64,000 nt of DNA from Stegostoma tigrinum. Taxonomy: Eukaryota. The stretch is from positions 132,978,933 through 133,042,932 of the forward strand of contig NC_081356.1 in assembly GCF_030684315.1 (NCBI RefSeq), written 5' to 3'. Positions 51,030 to 64,000 of this stretch are shown here, in pieces. The notes under the pieces were generated by a model. That model worked only from the letters and a program-made list of their open reading frames with translations, ran no database searches and had not been told where the DNA came from. How positions within the stretch are numbered: the stretch's first letter is position 1; each line of letters opens with the position of its first letter. Made by a program: the position numbers and the translations under genes.

Positions 51030-52735
51030 CCTATTGTATCTGTCTCCACCACCACAGCTGGCAGCGCATTCTAAACTCCTTCAACCCTCTGCATAAAAAA
51101 CGTGCCTTTACATCTCCATTGAACAGCCCCCCTCTCACCTTCAATGCATGCCCTCTAGATTCAGACTTTTCAATTCTGGGAAAATGATTCTGACCGTCAA
51201 GATGTCATTGCTGCCCATGATGCCATTCTGTACTGATTCTATCTGCCTGCACATGGTACATATCCCTCTATTCCCTGCCTGTTCATGTGTCAAAATGCTC
51301 CTTAAATGTTGCGGTTATTTCTGCTTCTATCACTTCCCGTGTCACTGTGATCTTGGCACCTACTAACGTTTGCACGAAAAAACTTCCCTCACACATCTCC
51401 TTTAAATTTTCCAACTCTCACCTTAAACCTATGGCCTCCAGCATTTGACATTTCCACCACTGGTAAAAGACTCAGCATATCCAATCTACCCATGCCTCTC
51501 ATAAATTGAAACACTTCAATCAGGTCACCCCTTCAGTCTCTGACAGTCCAATAAAAGCTTTCCAATTTTGTCCAACTCTCCTGAAACTAATCCACTCCAT
51601 TCCAGGCAACATCCTGGGAAACCTCCTTTGCATCTTGTTCAAAGCCTTCACATCCTTCCTACAGTATGGCAACTGGAACTGCAGCCAATACTCCAAATGT
51701 GACCTACCATGGCTGGTCAACTTTTATACTCAATGCCCAGACAAATGAGGGAAAGCATGCTGCACACTTCCTTTACCACCCTATTCATTTGTTTTCCACT
51801 TCTAGCGGGAAATGGATTTGCAATCCAAGATCCTTCTGTCTATCAAGGTGACCGAATGTGTTTGCATTTACTGTACATATTCCTTCCATTTGGGCTCCAA
51901 AAATACATCACTTCACACGTGTCTGGATTAAACTCCATCTGCAATTTCTCCATAACTTTCCAGCTGTTCTATTTTACTTTATGCTTTGACAACCTTCCTC
52001 ACTATCCACAACTCTACTATTTTTTGTGTCATCTGCCAGCTTACTAATCAAAGCTTGTATTTTCATCCAAATAATTCATTTTTACAAACAACAGAGGTTC
52101 CAGCTCTGACCATAGAAACATAGAATATAGATACAGGAGGAAGCTATTTGGCCCTTCGAGTCTACTCTGCCATTCTTCCTGATCATGGCTGATTGTCTAA
52201 CTCAAGAGCCTAATCCTGCTTTCTCCCCGTAACCTTTGATCCCATTCACCCCAAGTGCTATATCTAGTCACCTCTTGAATATATTCAATATTTTGATATC
52301 AACTGTTGCCTGTGGTAATGAATTCTTCAAGCTCACCACTCCTTCGGTGAAGAAATGTCTCCTCATCTCCTTCCCAAATGGTCTACCCCGAATCTGCAAG
52401 TTGTGATCCCTGGTTTTGGGCACACCCAACATTGGAGCATCCTCCCTGCATCTACCCTGACTATTTCTGCTAGAATTTTATAGGTCGCTATAAGATACCC
52501 CCTCATTCGTCTGAACTCCAGCGAAAGCATTCCTAACCAAGTCAACCGTGTCAAACCACGCTGGTCATGGACATTCAGTCAGAAAAATACAACTCCACTA
52601 CTACCCTCTGTCTTCTCTGGTCAAACCAATTTTGTATTCAGCTTACTGAAGCACCATGGATTCCATGTAATTTGATCTTCTAGACCAGCATAGTATGAAG
52701 GACCTCGTCAAATGATTTGTAAAGTCCAAAAGACC
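51030..52735 (-). mobile_element. Cluster of old CR1 fragments
   Basis: RSHLEYWLQFQLPYCRKDVKAL, FRRMRGYLIATYK. Confidence 0.7.
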
Positions 52736-53225
52736 CCGGAGTTGTTCCTTTTTTCACACTTCCAGTTCTGAGGATCATTTAATGCATCATTTACTGTAAT
52801 TTAAGAGAATGGGTGCAATTTGTTTAAACTTTTCCTGATATTAAATGGATCTGACAGGGTCAATAGAAAGGAAAGGCTGATAGTTTGGGAGGATTTTGCA
52901 TGAGGGGACATGGTCTAATATTGAATGCCAGAGCTTTCGGAAGTGAATGAGAAAAGACTTCACGAGGTAAAGTTGGCTAAAGTTTGAAATTCTTTTCCTC
53001 AAATGACAGTTCATGTGAGCTCAGTGTTCAGTTTATATCTGACATTGATAGATCTTTATTTGGAGAAGTGGTTAAGGGACAAGAAGCAAACGGTCGCAGA
53101 TCAGCTGTGCTGTGGACACTCAGCAGGTCAAGCAATTTCTTGGAAAACAGGCATCGAGTTAATGTTTCAGGTCTGCAGCAAGTGAAAATGGGAAAATAAA
53201 CAAAAGGAATATCTCTGACAGGGTG

Positions 53226-55918
53226 AAAAAGTGTGGAGCTGGATGAACACAGCAGGCCAAGCAGCATCTCAGGAGCACAAAAGCTGACGTTTCGGGCCTA
53301 GACCCTTCATCAGAGAGGGGGATGGGGAGAGGGTTCTGGAATAAATAGGGAGAGAGGGGGAGGCGGGCCGAAGATGGAGAGAAAAGAAGATAGGTGGAGA
53401 GGAGCGTATAGGTGGGGAGGTAGGGAGGGGATAGGTCAGCCCAGGGAAGACGGACAGGTCAAGGAGCTGGGATGAGGTTAGTAGGTAGATGGGGGTGCGG
53501 CTTGGGGTGGGAGGAAGGGATGGGTGAGAGGAAGAACCGGTTAGGGAGGCTGAGACAGGTTGGATTGGTTTTGGGATGCAGTGGGTGGGAGGGGGATGAG
53601 CTGGGCTGGTCCTCTCCACCCCTCTCACCCACTCCAACCTCTCCCCCACAGAAAGGGCAGCCCTCCGCTCCCTCCGCTCCAACCCCAACCTCACCATCAA
53701 ACCCGCAGACAAGGGAGGCGTCTCCGACACCTCCTCCTACCGCCCCCTTGATCATGACCCCACCCCCGAGCACCAAACCATCATCTCCAATACCATCCAT
53801 GACCCCTTCACCTCAGGGGACCTCCCACCCACAGCCTCCAACCTTATTGTTCCCCAACCCCGCACGGCCCGTTTCTATCTCCTTCCCAAAATCCACAAAC
53901 CTGCCTGCCCTGGTCGACCCATCGTCTCAGCCTGCTCCTGCCCCACCGAACTCATCTCCACCTATCTGGACTCCATTTTCTTCCCTTTGGCCCAGGAACT
54001 CCCTACCTACATCTGTGACACCACCCACGCCCTCCACCTCCTCCAAAACTTCCAGTTCCCTGGCCCCCAACACCTCATTTTCACCATGGACGTCCAGTCC
54101 CTATACACCTGTATTCCTCATGCAGATGGCCGCAAGGCCCACCGCTTCTTCCTGTCCCGCAGGCCCGGCCAGTCCCCCGCCACCGACACCCTCATCCGCC
54201 TAGCCGAACTCGTCCTTACCCTCAGCAACTTCTCTTTCGATTCCTCCTACTTCCTACAGTCAAAGGGGGTGGCCGTGGGTACCCACATGGGCCCCAGCTA
54301 TGCCTGCCTCTTTGTAGGTTACGTGGAACAGTCCCTCTTCCGCACCTACACAGGCCCCAAACCCCACCTCTTCCTCCGGTACATTGATGACTGCATCGGT
54401 GCCGCCTCTTGCTCCCCAGAGGAGCTCGAACAGTTCACCCACTTCACCAACACCTTCCACCCCAACCTCAAGTTCACCTGGGCCATCTCCAGCACATCCC
54501 TCACCTTCCTGGACCTCTCAGTCTCCATCTCAGGTAACCAGCTCAAAACTGATGTCCATTTCAAGCCCACTGACTCCAACAGCTACCTAGAAAACACCTC
54601 CTCCCACCCACCCTCCTGCAAAAATTCAGTCCTCTATTCCTAATTCCTCCACCTCCACCGCATCTGCTCCCAGGATGAGGCATTCCACTCCCGCACATCC
54701 CAGATGTCCAAGTTCTTCAAGGACCGCAACTTTCCCCCCGCAGTGGTCGAGAACGCCCTTGACCGCATCTCCCGCATTTCCCGCAACACATTCCTCACAC
54801 CTCTCCTCCGCCACAACCGCCCCGAGGATCCCCCTTGTTCTCATACACCACCCCACCAACCTCCGGACACAACGCATCAACCTCCGAAACGTCCGCCATT
54901 TACAAGCCGACCCCACCACCCAAGACATTTTTCCATCCCCACCCCTGTCTGCCTTCTGGAGAGACCACTCTCTACGTGACTCCCTTGTTCGCTCCACACT
55001 CCCCTCCAACCCCACCACACGCGGCACCTTCCCATGCAACCGCAGGAAGTGCCACACTTGCCCCCACACCTCCTCCCTCAACCCCATCCCAGGCCCCAAG
55101 ATGACTTTCCATACTAAGCAGATGTTCACCTGCACATCTGCCAATGTGGTATATTGTATCCATTGTACCCGGTGTGGCTGCCTCTACATTTGCGGAACCA
55201 AGCAGAGGCTTGGGGGCCGCTTTGCAGATCACCTCCGCTAGGTTTGCAACAAACAACTGCACCTCCCAGTCGCCAAACATTTCAAATCCCTCTCCCATTC
55301 TTTAGAAGACATGTCCAACATGGGCCTCCTGCAGTGCCACAATGATGCCACCCGAAGGTTTCAGGATCAGCAACTCATATTCCGCTTGGGAACCTTGCAG
55401 ACCAATGGTTTCAATGTGGACTTCACAAGCTTCAAAATCTCACCTTCCCCCACCGCATCCCAAAACCAGCCCAGTTGTCCCCTCCCCCCACTGAAACACA
55501 CAACCCGCCCAGCTCGTCCCCTCCCCCCACTGCATCCCAAAACCAGCCCAGCCTGTCTCTGCCTCCCTAACCTGTTCTTCCCCTCACCCATCCCTTCCTC
55601 CCACCCCAAGCCGCACCTCCATCTCCTACTTACTAACCTCATCCCACCTCCTTGACCTGTCTGTCTTCCCTGGACTGACCTATCCCCTCCCTACTCCCCA
55701 CCTATACTCTCTCCACCTATCTTCTTTTCTCTCCATCTTCGGTCCGCCTCCCCCTCTCTCCCTATTTATTCCAGAACCCTCTCCCCATTCCCCTCTCTGA
55801 TGAAGGGTCTAGGCCCGAAATGTCAGCTTTTGTGCTCCTGAAATGCTGCTTGGCCTGCTGTGCTCATCCAGCCTCACACTTTGTTATCTTGGATTCTCCA
55901 GCATCTGCAGTTCCCATT
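53226..55918 (+). mobile_element. PLE family-1 element: inverted 3' UTR copy (~53226-53610, minus) + 5'-truncated RT/GIY-YIG ORF and tail (plus)
   Basis: TMDVQSLYT, GVAVGTHMGPSYA, LRYIDD, NVVYCIHCTRCGCLYICGTKQRLGGRFADH; TSD TATCTCTGA(C/T)AGGGTG at 53210-53225/55918-55933; stops and frameshifts. Confidence 0.95.
53284..53315 (-). ncRNA. Minimal HHR motif (family 1), intact, in the inverted arm; variant copy at 55795-55826 (+)
   Basis: Reverse complement CTCTGATGAAGGGTCTAGGCCCGAAACGTCAG. Confidence 0.8.
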
Positions 55919-56389
55919 ATCTCTGATAGGGTGGATGGCATAAGAGATGAACTGACAATAGGTCTTATGGTGCAAGATTGAAGTGAATGGTAATGGGACA
56001 AGTAAATACACAAAAGATGTTTCAGAGAAAAGTATTCACTGTTTTATGGTGACCTCTGAGGAAAAATATTCACTGTTTTATATCAGGCTCTTGGCGAGAA
56101 TGTTCACTGTCTTATATTGGCGTCTGGGAGAACAATTGTCATTGTTTTATGGTGAAAACTCCCGTAGAGACAAGATCTTGTGTCATTCCAGGTCAGGCAG
56201 CAAGTTTCCTTCCCTGAAAAACATTATCGAATCAGTTGTGTTTTGATTATATTCCAGCAGCTTTCATTGTCACATTTTACTCTTGCCAACCCACATTTAA
56301 CAAATTTATTTGACTTTATTTTCACAACCTCTCTTTGATCTTGAGAGTTGGATTTTATCCTTTCTATTTGACATTGATGTTATAGGAAT

Positions 56390-57630
<1,241 letters not shown>

Positions 57631-58684
57631 CAGAAAACCTGATATGCCAGCAAATTCACAAGTAGCTACAACAACTGAATGTCACTGTTAATCATATTTG
57701 CGAGTGAATCTTTTTCATTGGAATCTGTTTTGGTGCCTCTGCTACATCCCTCACTTCCACTAACCCACTGGTCTAAACCCCACCTCGCATGTTGCTCCTT
57801 TTCTTAATCTTGAACTTGTTCAGTTTTCTCTCCCATCTTTCGTCTCGTTCTATCAGAGATCATGTTGATCAATTCTTACTTAACTGCAGACCACCCGTGC
57901 CCCCAACATTAACTGAGAATGTGAATGATGCTTTTTCAGTCTCCTGGTTGTCATTCTTCTTTACATCTACCATCCTTATGCATCCTGAAAGCAAAGCATC
58001 TTTGACCACAGTATCATTCAAAGTCCTGCACCATCTCCACCCTCTCTTGTCTCTCCAGATTCTTTGTTCTTGGTTTGTCTCAAATGTTCTGCCCTTGGCC
58101 CTTCCAATTTCTCTTCTACACATTCCCACTAGATGGCAGGATCCACATATGCTCTGTTGGTTTTCACACGTTAATAACATTTAGCTCTACTTCATCACCA
58201 TCCCTCTGCATTCCTATACAGTCAACAAACTATTAAACTGCTTATTTCACATCCAGAAGGCTATTTCCTTCAGTCACTATTACAAATGCTTTTCCTTGAA
58301 TGCCAACTCCATCCTATCTCTGGGAATGTTTGAGGCTGAACTAACTCCTTGCAACCTTGTTCTCATTTCTGACCCACAGTGAGATTCCGACCACATATCC
58401 ATGCAATCATTGATATCAGAAAATTCAAACTCCAAAAGGTTCTCTGTTTCCGTCTTATCGCAGCTCACCTGCTGCTGAAATCTCATCTGTGGCCATGTTG
58501 CTTTCGACCTTGATTCAATTAATTTCCGGTCCTGCTCACACCTGGAATCATGATCACCCACAGCTCTGTAGCCCGTGGCTCAGACTAAGTCTCCTGCATC
58601 TGTCACTCCGGTCTTCACTGACAGACCTCTGGGCAAGTAATGCCTCAAATTTCAAACTAATACCCCTGTTATTGAAGAGGTACT

Positions 58685-58905
58685 AAGAACTGCCGATGCT
58701 GGACTCAGAGATAACACTGTGGAGGTGGTGGAACACAGCAGGCCAGGCAGCATCAGAGGAACAGGAAAGCTGATGTATCAGAGATAATGGGAACTGCAGA
58801 TGCTGGAGAATCCAAGATAATAAAGTGTGAAGCTGGATGAACACAGCAGGCCAAGCAGCATCTCAGGAGCACAAAAGCTGATGCTTCGGGCCTAGACCCT
58901 TCTAA
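58685..58905 (-). mobile_element. Two stacked PLE family-1 tails (different subfamilies)
   Basis: Tandem reverse-complement tails, junction at ~58778. Confidence 0.8.
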
Positions 58906-59184
58906 TTACTGATTAAGTATCCTTTCTAATGTCACTCTCTATGATTTGGCGTTTAATATTTATTCAGGTAACTGCTCTGAGACATGTTATGTAATTCCAT
59001 GCTGTGAATGTCATGAAACAGGTTAATGCACAGCAAGATTCCACAAACAATAATCCAAATTTCTATCTTTCCTATAGCATCTATATCCTGGAACATTAAG
59101 GTGCTAGTTCTGCCCATCCCTGAGCCATGTCTCGACAAGAACTATGATACCCAGTCCCATGTTCCAACCATGCCCTGCCTTATA

Positions 59185-59890
59185 TGTGATGGTAAATCTT
59201 TCCACATGGTAGACTGGTTACCAAGGATAGATCACATTGAATACAGTGAGTACTGGTCATTTGGATACAAAATTGTCTAGAAGGTAGGAGACACAGGGTG
59301 GTGGCACGTTTCTTTTTGGACTGGAGGTCTGTGATCAGCGATGTGCTGCAAGGATAGGCGCTGGGTCTACTGATTTTTGTCATTTATATGAATTATTTGG
59401 ATGTGAATGTAGGAGGTGTGGCTACTAATTTTGCAGATGACACCAAAATTGGTGGTGTAGTGGACAATGAAGAAGATTATCTCAGAGTACAATGGGACTT
59501 TGTTCTGATAGACTGTGGAATGGCAAATTGAGTTTATTCTAGATAAATATGAGGTACCATATTTTGGTAAGGCAAATCAGGTCAGGGCTTGTTTACTTAA
59601 CAGTGAGGTCCTGGGGAGTGTTGCTGAACTAAGAGACCCTGGTGTGTAGGTTCATAGTTCCTTGGAAGTGGAATAACAGGTTGACAGTGTAGTGAAGAAG
59701 GTATGTTTGGAATGCTTGCCTTTATTGGTCAGTGCATTAAATATAGAAGTTTGGATGTTGTGTTGCTGCTGGACAGGACATTGGTTAGGCCACTTTTGGA
59801 GCACAACATTCAATTCTGGTCTTCCTGCTACAGGAAAGCTGTAGTTAAACTTGAAAGGGTTAAGTAAAGATCTACATGGATGTTGCCAGG
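59185..59890 (+). mobile_element. Old CR1 fragment
   Basis: TTTGCAGATGACACCAAA (FADDTK) and downstream CR1 motifs, many stops. Confidence 0.75.
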
Positions 59891-60150
59891 GAACCTGTCC
59901 ATCTTCTCTCACACCTATTCACTCTTCCCACCATCACTGACCAATCCCCACCTGCACTCACCTATCACCACCCCACCATCCCACCCACCTTCCCCAGCTC
60001 CATCCCTCCTCTCTCTATTTAGTTCTGAGCTCCCTTCACCACCCCATCACCAATTTCTGAAGAAGGGTCCCGACCCAAAAGGTCAACTTTCCTGCTCCTC
60101 TGACGCTGCCTGGCCTGCTGAGTTCCACCAGCTCCACAGTGTTATCTCTA
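59891..60150 (+). mobile_element. PLE 3' UTR/tail with degenerate HHR
   Basis: C-rich UTR, CTGAAGAAGGGTCCCGACCCAAAAGGTCA, GTTATCTCT end. Confidence 0.75.
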
Positions 60151-60258
60151 AACATCAATGGGAGGTGCACGGAGAATAGAAGAAGCATGGAAAATAGACA
60201 TCATGAGGTGGTTCTCAAGTGATGTTGAGATCGCGTAAAGTGTAAAGTGCCTACGTGA

Positions 60259-60261
<3 letters not shown>

Positions 60262-60291
<30 letters not shown>
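60262..60291. repeat. (CA)n microsatellite
   Basis: Direct observation. Confidence 0.95.
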
Positions 60292-60293
<2 letters not shown>

Positions 60294-60999
60294 CAGACAA
60301 CACAGTGAGCTGGAAAATGTAATTGAAAATGGTGAGATATCACAGTGGGCTGGTTCCCTGCTCTTGGAGATGGACTGTATCCTACCTCGCTTGGTGGGAC
60401 TCTGCGCCATTACAGACTTCTGCTTAATGTACAAACTGGAACAGAATAACGATCGTAATAAATCAAAATAACTCAGTTCTAAAGAAAGGTTGCTGGATTC
60501 TGTTTTCTCTTTCCTGATGCTGTGTTTCTTCAGAATTTTTTGTTTAGTTAAGGATTACATGTTAATTGATTGCTATTTTGACGAACAGATTCATGAATGC
60601 AGAGCACTGCATCTCACATCTTTTGTCATTGCAAAGTTTCTGTCTCTCCTCGTTTCTCGACTCAGATGAAGACACCTGAGATTGATTGTCTAATGGCATC
60701 CGGATTACCCACAATTCAAAGACGAATGAAAAGCATTCTATCTGCAGCCGCGGACATTCCGAAAGATCAGCGCAAGCTCGAACCGTTCCTATTGTTGCGG
60801 CTTTGAAGGCCATCAATTAATCAATCAGACCAACCAATGGGAGTGAATTAAGGGCAGGTCAGAGCCTGGAACTTTCTCATTGGCTGACATCTGCCTCTTT
60901 GGGAAGGCAATGTGTTGCAGAAATGAAAACAGAAATTGCAGGAAAAGCTCAGCAAGTCTGGCATCACAGAGACAGATTTCCCTTCAAGGAGCTATAAAC

Positions 61000-62260
61000 C
61001 TGCTTGGCAACACTCCCTAGGACCCTACCATTAAGTGTATAAATCCTGCCCTGATGTGCCTTACCAAAGTGGAATGCCTCACATTTAGCTAAATTAAACT
61101 CCATTTGCTACCTTTTGGCCCATCTGCCCAACAGATCAATGTCCCATTGCACTATGAGAATACCTTTGTCTCTGTCCACTGCACCACTAATTATCGTATC
61201 ATCTGCCAGTTGATGAACCATTTCTCCTATATTCACATCCAAATCCTTCATAAAAATGACAAAAAAGCAGTGGATTCAGCACCAATCCTGATGACGCACA
61301 CTCATCACATGACTCCAGTCCAAAAAAAAACACTGAACCACCAACTTATGTCTACTATCTTCAAGCTAATTATGTATCTAAATGGCTAGCTCTCCATGGA
61401 TTCCACATGATTGCAGCTTGCTAACTGGTCTCCCAAGTAGAACTGAGTTAAACGCTTTGCCAAACTTCATATAGACAACATATAGACAACATCCATTGCT
61501 CTGCCTTCATCGATCTTCTTTGTCACTTCTTAAAGAATCTTAATCAAGTTAGAGAGACATGATCACCCATGTGTCAAGCCATGTTTATTACCCATAATCA
61601 ATAACTGCCTTTTCAAATACATGTAAAAGTCTGAACTCCAGTAAGTAGAGTCCCAATGCGTTTACTTTCACTCATAATACAATTCGTCCAGGATCATTCT
61701 TGTGAACATTCTCTGAACTTCCTCCAATGAAATGATGTCTTCCTTTATATAAGGGAATCAAATCTGCTCACAATACTCCAGATGTTGTCTCAGCAGCACC
61801 TTGCACAATTGCAGCAAGACTTCCCCACTTTTATCTTCCAACTCCTTGAACTCATGAGTGGTGTAGATAAGGTGAATAGCAAAGAATGGGGGAGTTCAAA
61901 ACTAGGGGGTATGTTTTACTGGTGAGAGGAGAAAGATTTAAAGTGGACCTGAGGGGCAACGTTTTCATACAGAGGTTGTTTCACATATGGATTGGACTAA
62001 CAGAAAAAGAGGCATTTGCAGGTACAGTTACAACATTTAAAAGACATTTGGACAGGTACATGAATGGGAAAAGTTTAGAGGGATATGGGCCAAATGCATT
62101 CAAGTAGGACAAATTTAGTTTTGGGAAAGGTACGTGAATAGGCAAAGTTCAGAGGGATATGGACCAAATTTCGGCAAGTAGGACAAATTTAGTTTGGGAA
62201 CTTGGTCAGCGGGGACGAGTTGGACTGAAGGGTTTGTTTCATGCTGTATAACTTTATGGC
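61000..62260. mobile_element. Old CR1 fragments (minus ~61000-61850, plus ~61850-62260 with a ~75-bp tandem duplication in the 3' end)
   Basis: KTRG..VRGERFK.DLRGNVF.QR; duplicated AGAGGGATATGG..CAAGTAGGACAAATTTAGTTT. Confidence 0.7.
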
Positions 62261-63413
62261 TATTACATCTGCTCTGCTGTTCAGTAAGAGCATGGCTGAT
62301 CAGATATTCCACAAATTCACTTTCCTGCCTTTCCCCCAATGGTCTTGAAAGGACAAAGAATGATGACTAGAAAGGATGAGTTGGCATAGAGTGTATAAGT
62401 GATGCTAGGGATTGGTGGAGAAAAATGGGGTCATTAATTCACACAAGCAGCTATAAGAAGCAATGAATATGAGTGAAAACATGAGCTGACAGAAGCTTTG
62501 GCAGAGGATCTAAGGGATTATGAAATGGTGGCTGAATCTGAAGGTTGGCGTAGAGTGTATGATGAACAATTGGGGGTTGACAGAGGGCATTGGTTAGTAA
62601 AGGATGGTATATCACTGAAGAAGGACTGTAACATTGAACTTTCAACTTTATTTCTATATTTCTCTATCAAATATGAAGAAAAGAATGCAATGTTTATGTT
62701 TTAAGTATATTTCTTCATTTTTCCCATTTGTACCTATGATTTTGTACCGTGATACCTTAGTACCTAAGATTGTACTGGGAATGATGACTTTGTACACTTT
62801 GCACTGTACATCTGTAGTTGAGGACATGTGAAAGTAAAATGTAATTCTAATTCTAATTCTAATATTTACACGGGATGTGTGAGAGTTGTACAATGGATGT
62901 CAGCCAGAATGCCTAATGCATAACAAAACAACTGGGATGAAGTCCCACAGAACCATCCTACCCTGGCACTCAGCAGCCCCTGTGGCTGCCTGTCATCTCT
63001 GTCTAAGCATGGTGTGCTGGATCTATCACACAACTGCTGCTCCAGAATAAAAAATGATCATTGGAGCCAGTTTTATCCCAAAACCATTGTGTTCAGCATG
63101 GAAATATCTTAAGTGGTAGCAACGGATTCCATAGGAGGTTTGAAACAGAGCTTGATATTTATTTGAAAGTGTTGAATATAGAAAATAGGCTGAAGAGGTT
63201 GCGCTGTAGAATTGGATTGGCTGGGGTAGCTATTTCAGGAGCCAGTACAAACATGATGGGTAGCATGGTCTTTAATGCTGTAAAATTCTGTGATTCTTTG
63301 ATTCTATGACTCAGCAATTTGTCTTTTGAGTATCTAAAGTACAACCTGTGTACAGAGATCACTGAAACTATTTTCTGTGATTTCCCTCTATCCAAAGACC
63401 AATGTTAATTTCA

Positions 63414-63605
63414 TGTGTGCATGTACAAGTGTGTGCATATGTGTAGGAGTGTGCGCATGTGTGTGCGCGCGTACATGTGCATGCATGTGTGTGTGTGCGT
63501 GCATGTGTGTAAGCATGCACCGTGTGTGTGTACATACATGTGTGAGCATTTGTGTGTGCTTGTGCGGGCATGCAAGCATGTGTGTTTGTAAGCGTGCGGG
63601 TGTGA
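63414..63605. repeat. Compound (TG/CA/GC) low-complexity repeat
   Basis: Direct observation. Confidence 0.9.
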
Positions 63606-63659
63606 TTGTGTCTTGTCTGCCTGCAATGTATGTACAATCAAGGCTCACTGAATTTGCAA

Positions 63660-63940
63660 TAACAAGGTGTAGAGCTGGAAGATCACAGCAGGCCAGCAGC
63701 ATCAGAGGATCAGGAAAGCTGACATTTCGAGTCTAGACGCTTCTTCAGAAATAGGGGAGGGGAAAGGGATTCTGAAATAAGTAGGGAGAAAGGGGGAAGC
63801 AGATAGAAGATGAATAAAGGAGAAGACAGGTGGAGAGGAGATTTTTTGAATAAGGGTCCAGGCCGGAAGCACCAGCCTTCCTGCTCCGCTGATGCTGCTT
63901 GGCCTGCTGCGTTCATTCAGGTCTACACCTTGTTATCTTA
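63660..63940. mobile_element. PLE family-1 inverted tail pair (minus 63660-63840, plus 63845-63940)
   Basis: Tail sequences in opposite orientations with degenerate HHR cores. Confidence 0.8.
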
Positions 63941-64000
63941 GACAGGTCAAGTAAGCAGGTTTAGAGCTTCCTCTGGAGCTTTCAGAGCAGTGAGGCCATG

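Noticed and set aside
53269-55655. Long Pro/Ser/Thr-rich mucin-like ORFs that could be a receptor stalk
   Set aside because: Alternative frames of the very C-rich Penelope element; they lie downstream of the TM exon
60740-60900. Possible promoter (CCAAT at ~60834, ATTGG at ~60879, a few CpGs)
   Set aside because: No associated exon identified; the motifs are too short to support a call

Overview
Repeat-rich vertebrate DNA, almost certainly from an elasmobranch (inferred from HE1-like and SacSINE1-like SINEs, HER1/CR1 LINEs and Penelope-like elements). The main host feature is a spliced + strand type I membrane Ig-superfamily gene reconstructed by eye. It has a signal-peptide exon (3916-3976), four phase-1 V-set exons arranged (VA-VB)x2 (10186-10569, 13702-14052, 25796-26179, 29914-30261), an uncharged poly-Ile transmembrane exon (33669-33776) and an unresolved cytoplasmic tail (~38.5-41.4 kb). 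The VA domains strongly resemble the Siglec-15 V-set domain. The distal VA has His at the sialic-acid-binding Arg position, while the internal VA keeps Arg. Window positions 1-2.3 kb are paralogous to 41.3-43.3 kb, implying a tandem gene cluster with a ~41 kb unit. A 181-N gap lies between the two VA-VB units, so the four-domain model is provisional. The rest of the window is transposons and one pseudogene. There are at least three Penelope-like element (PLE) families whose tails carry covarying minimal hammerhead-ribozyme (HHR) motifs, plus many short TSD-flanked tail-only insertions. A young Tx1 LINE sits exactly at a PLE inversion junction. Also present are a Gmr1-like Gypsy relic with an LTR, many CR1s and SINEs, and a decayed C2H2 zinc-finger pseudogene (~56.4-57.6 kb). 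All alignments were done by eye; TE boundaries without TSDs are approximate.
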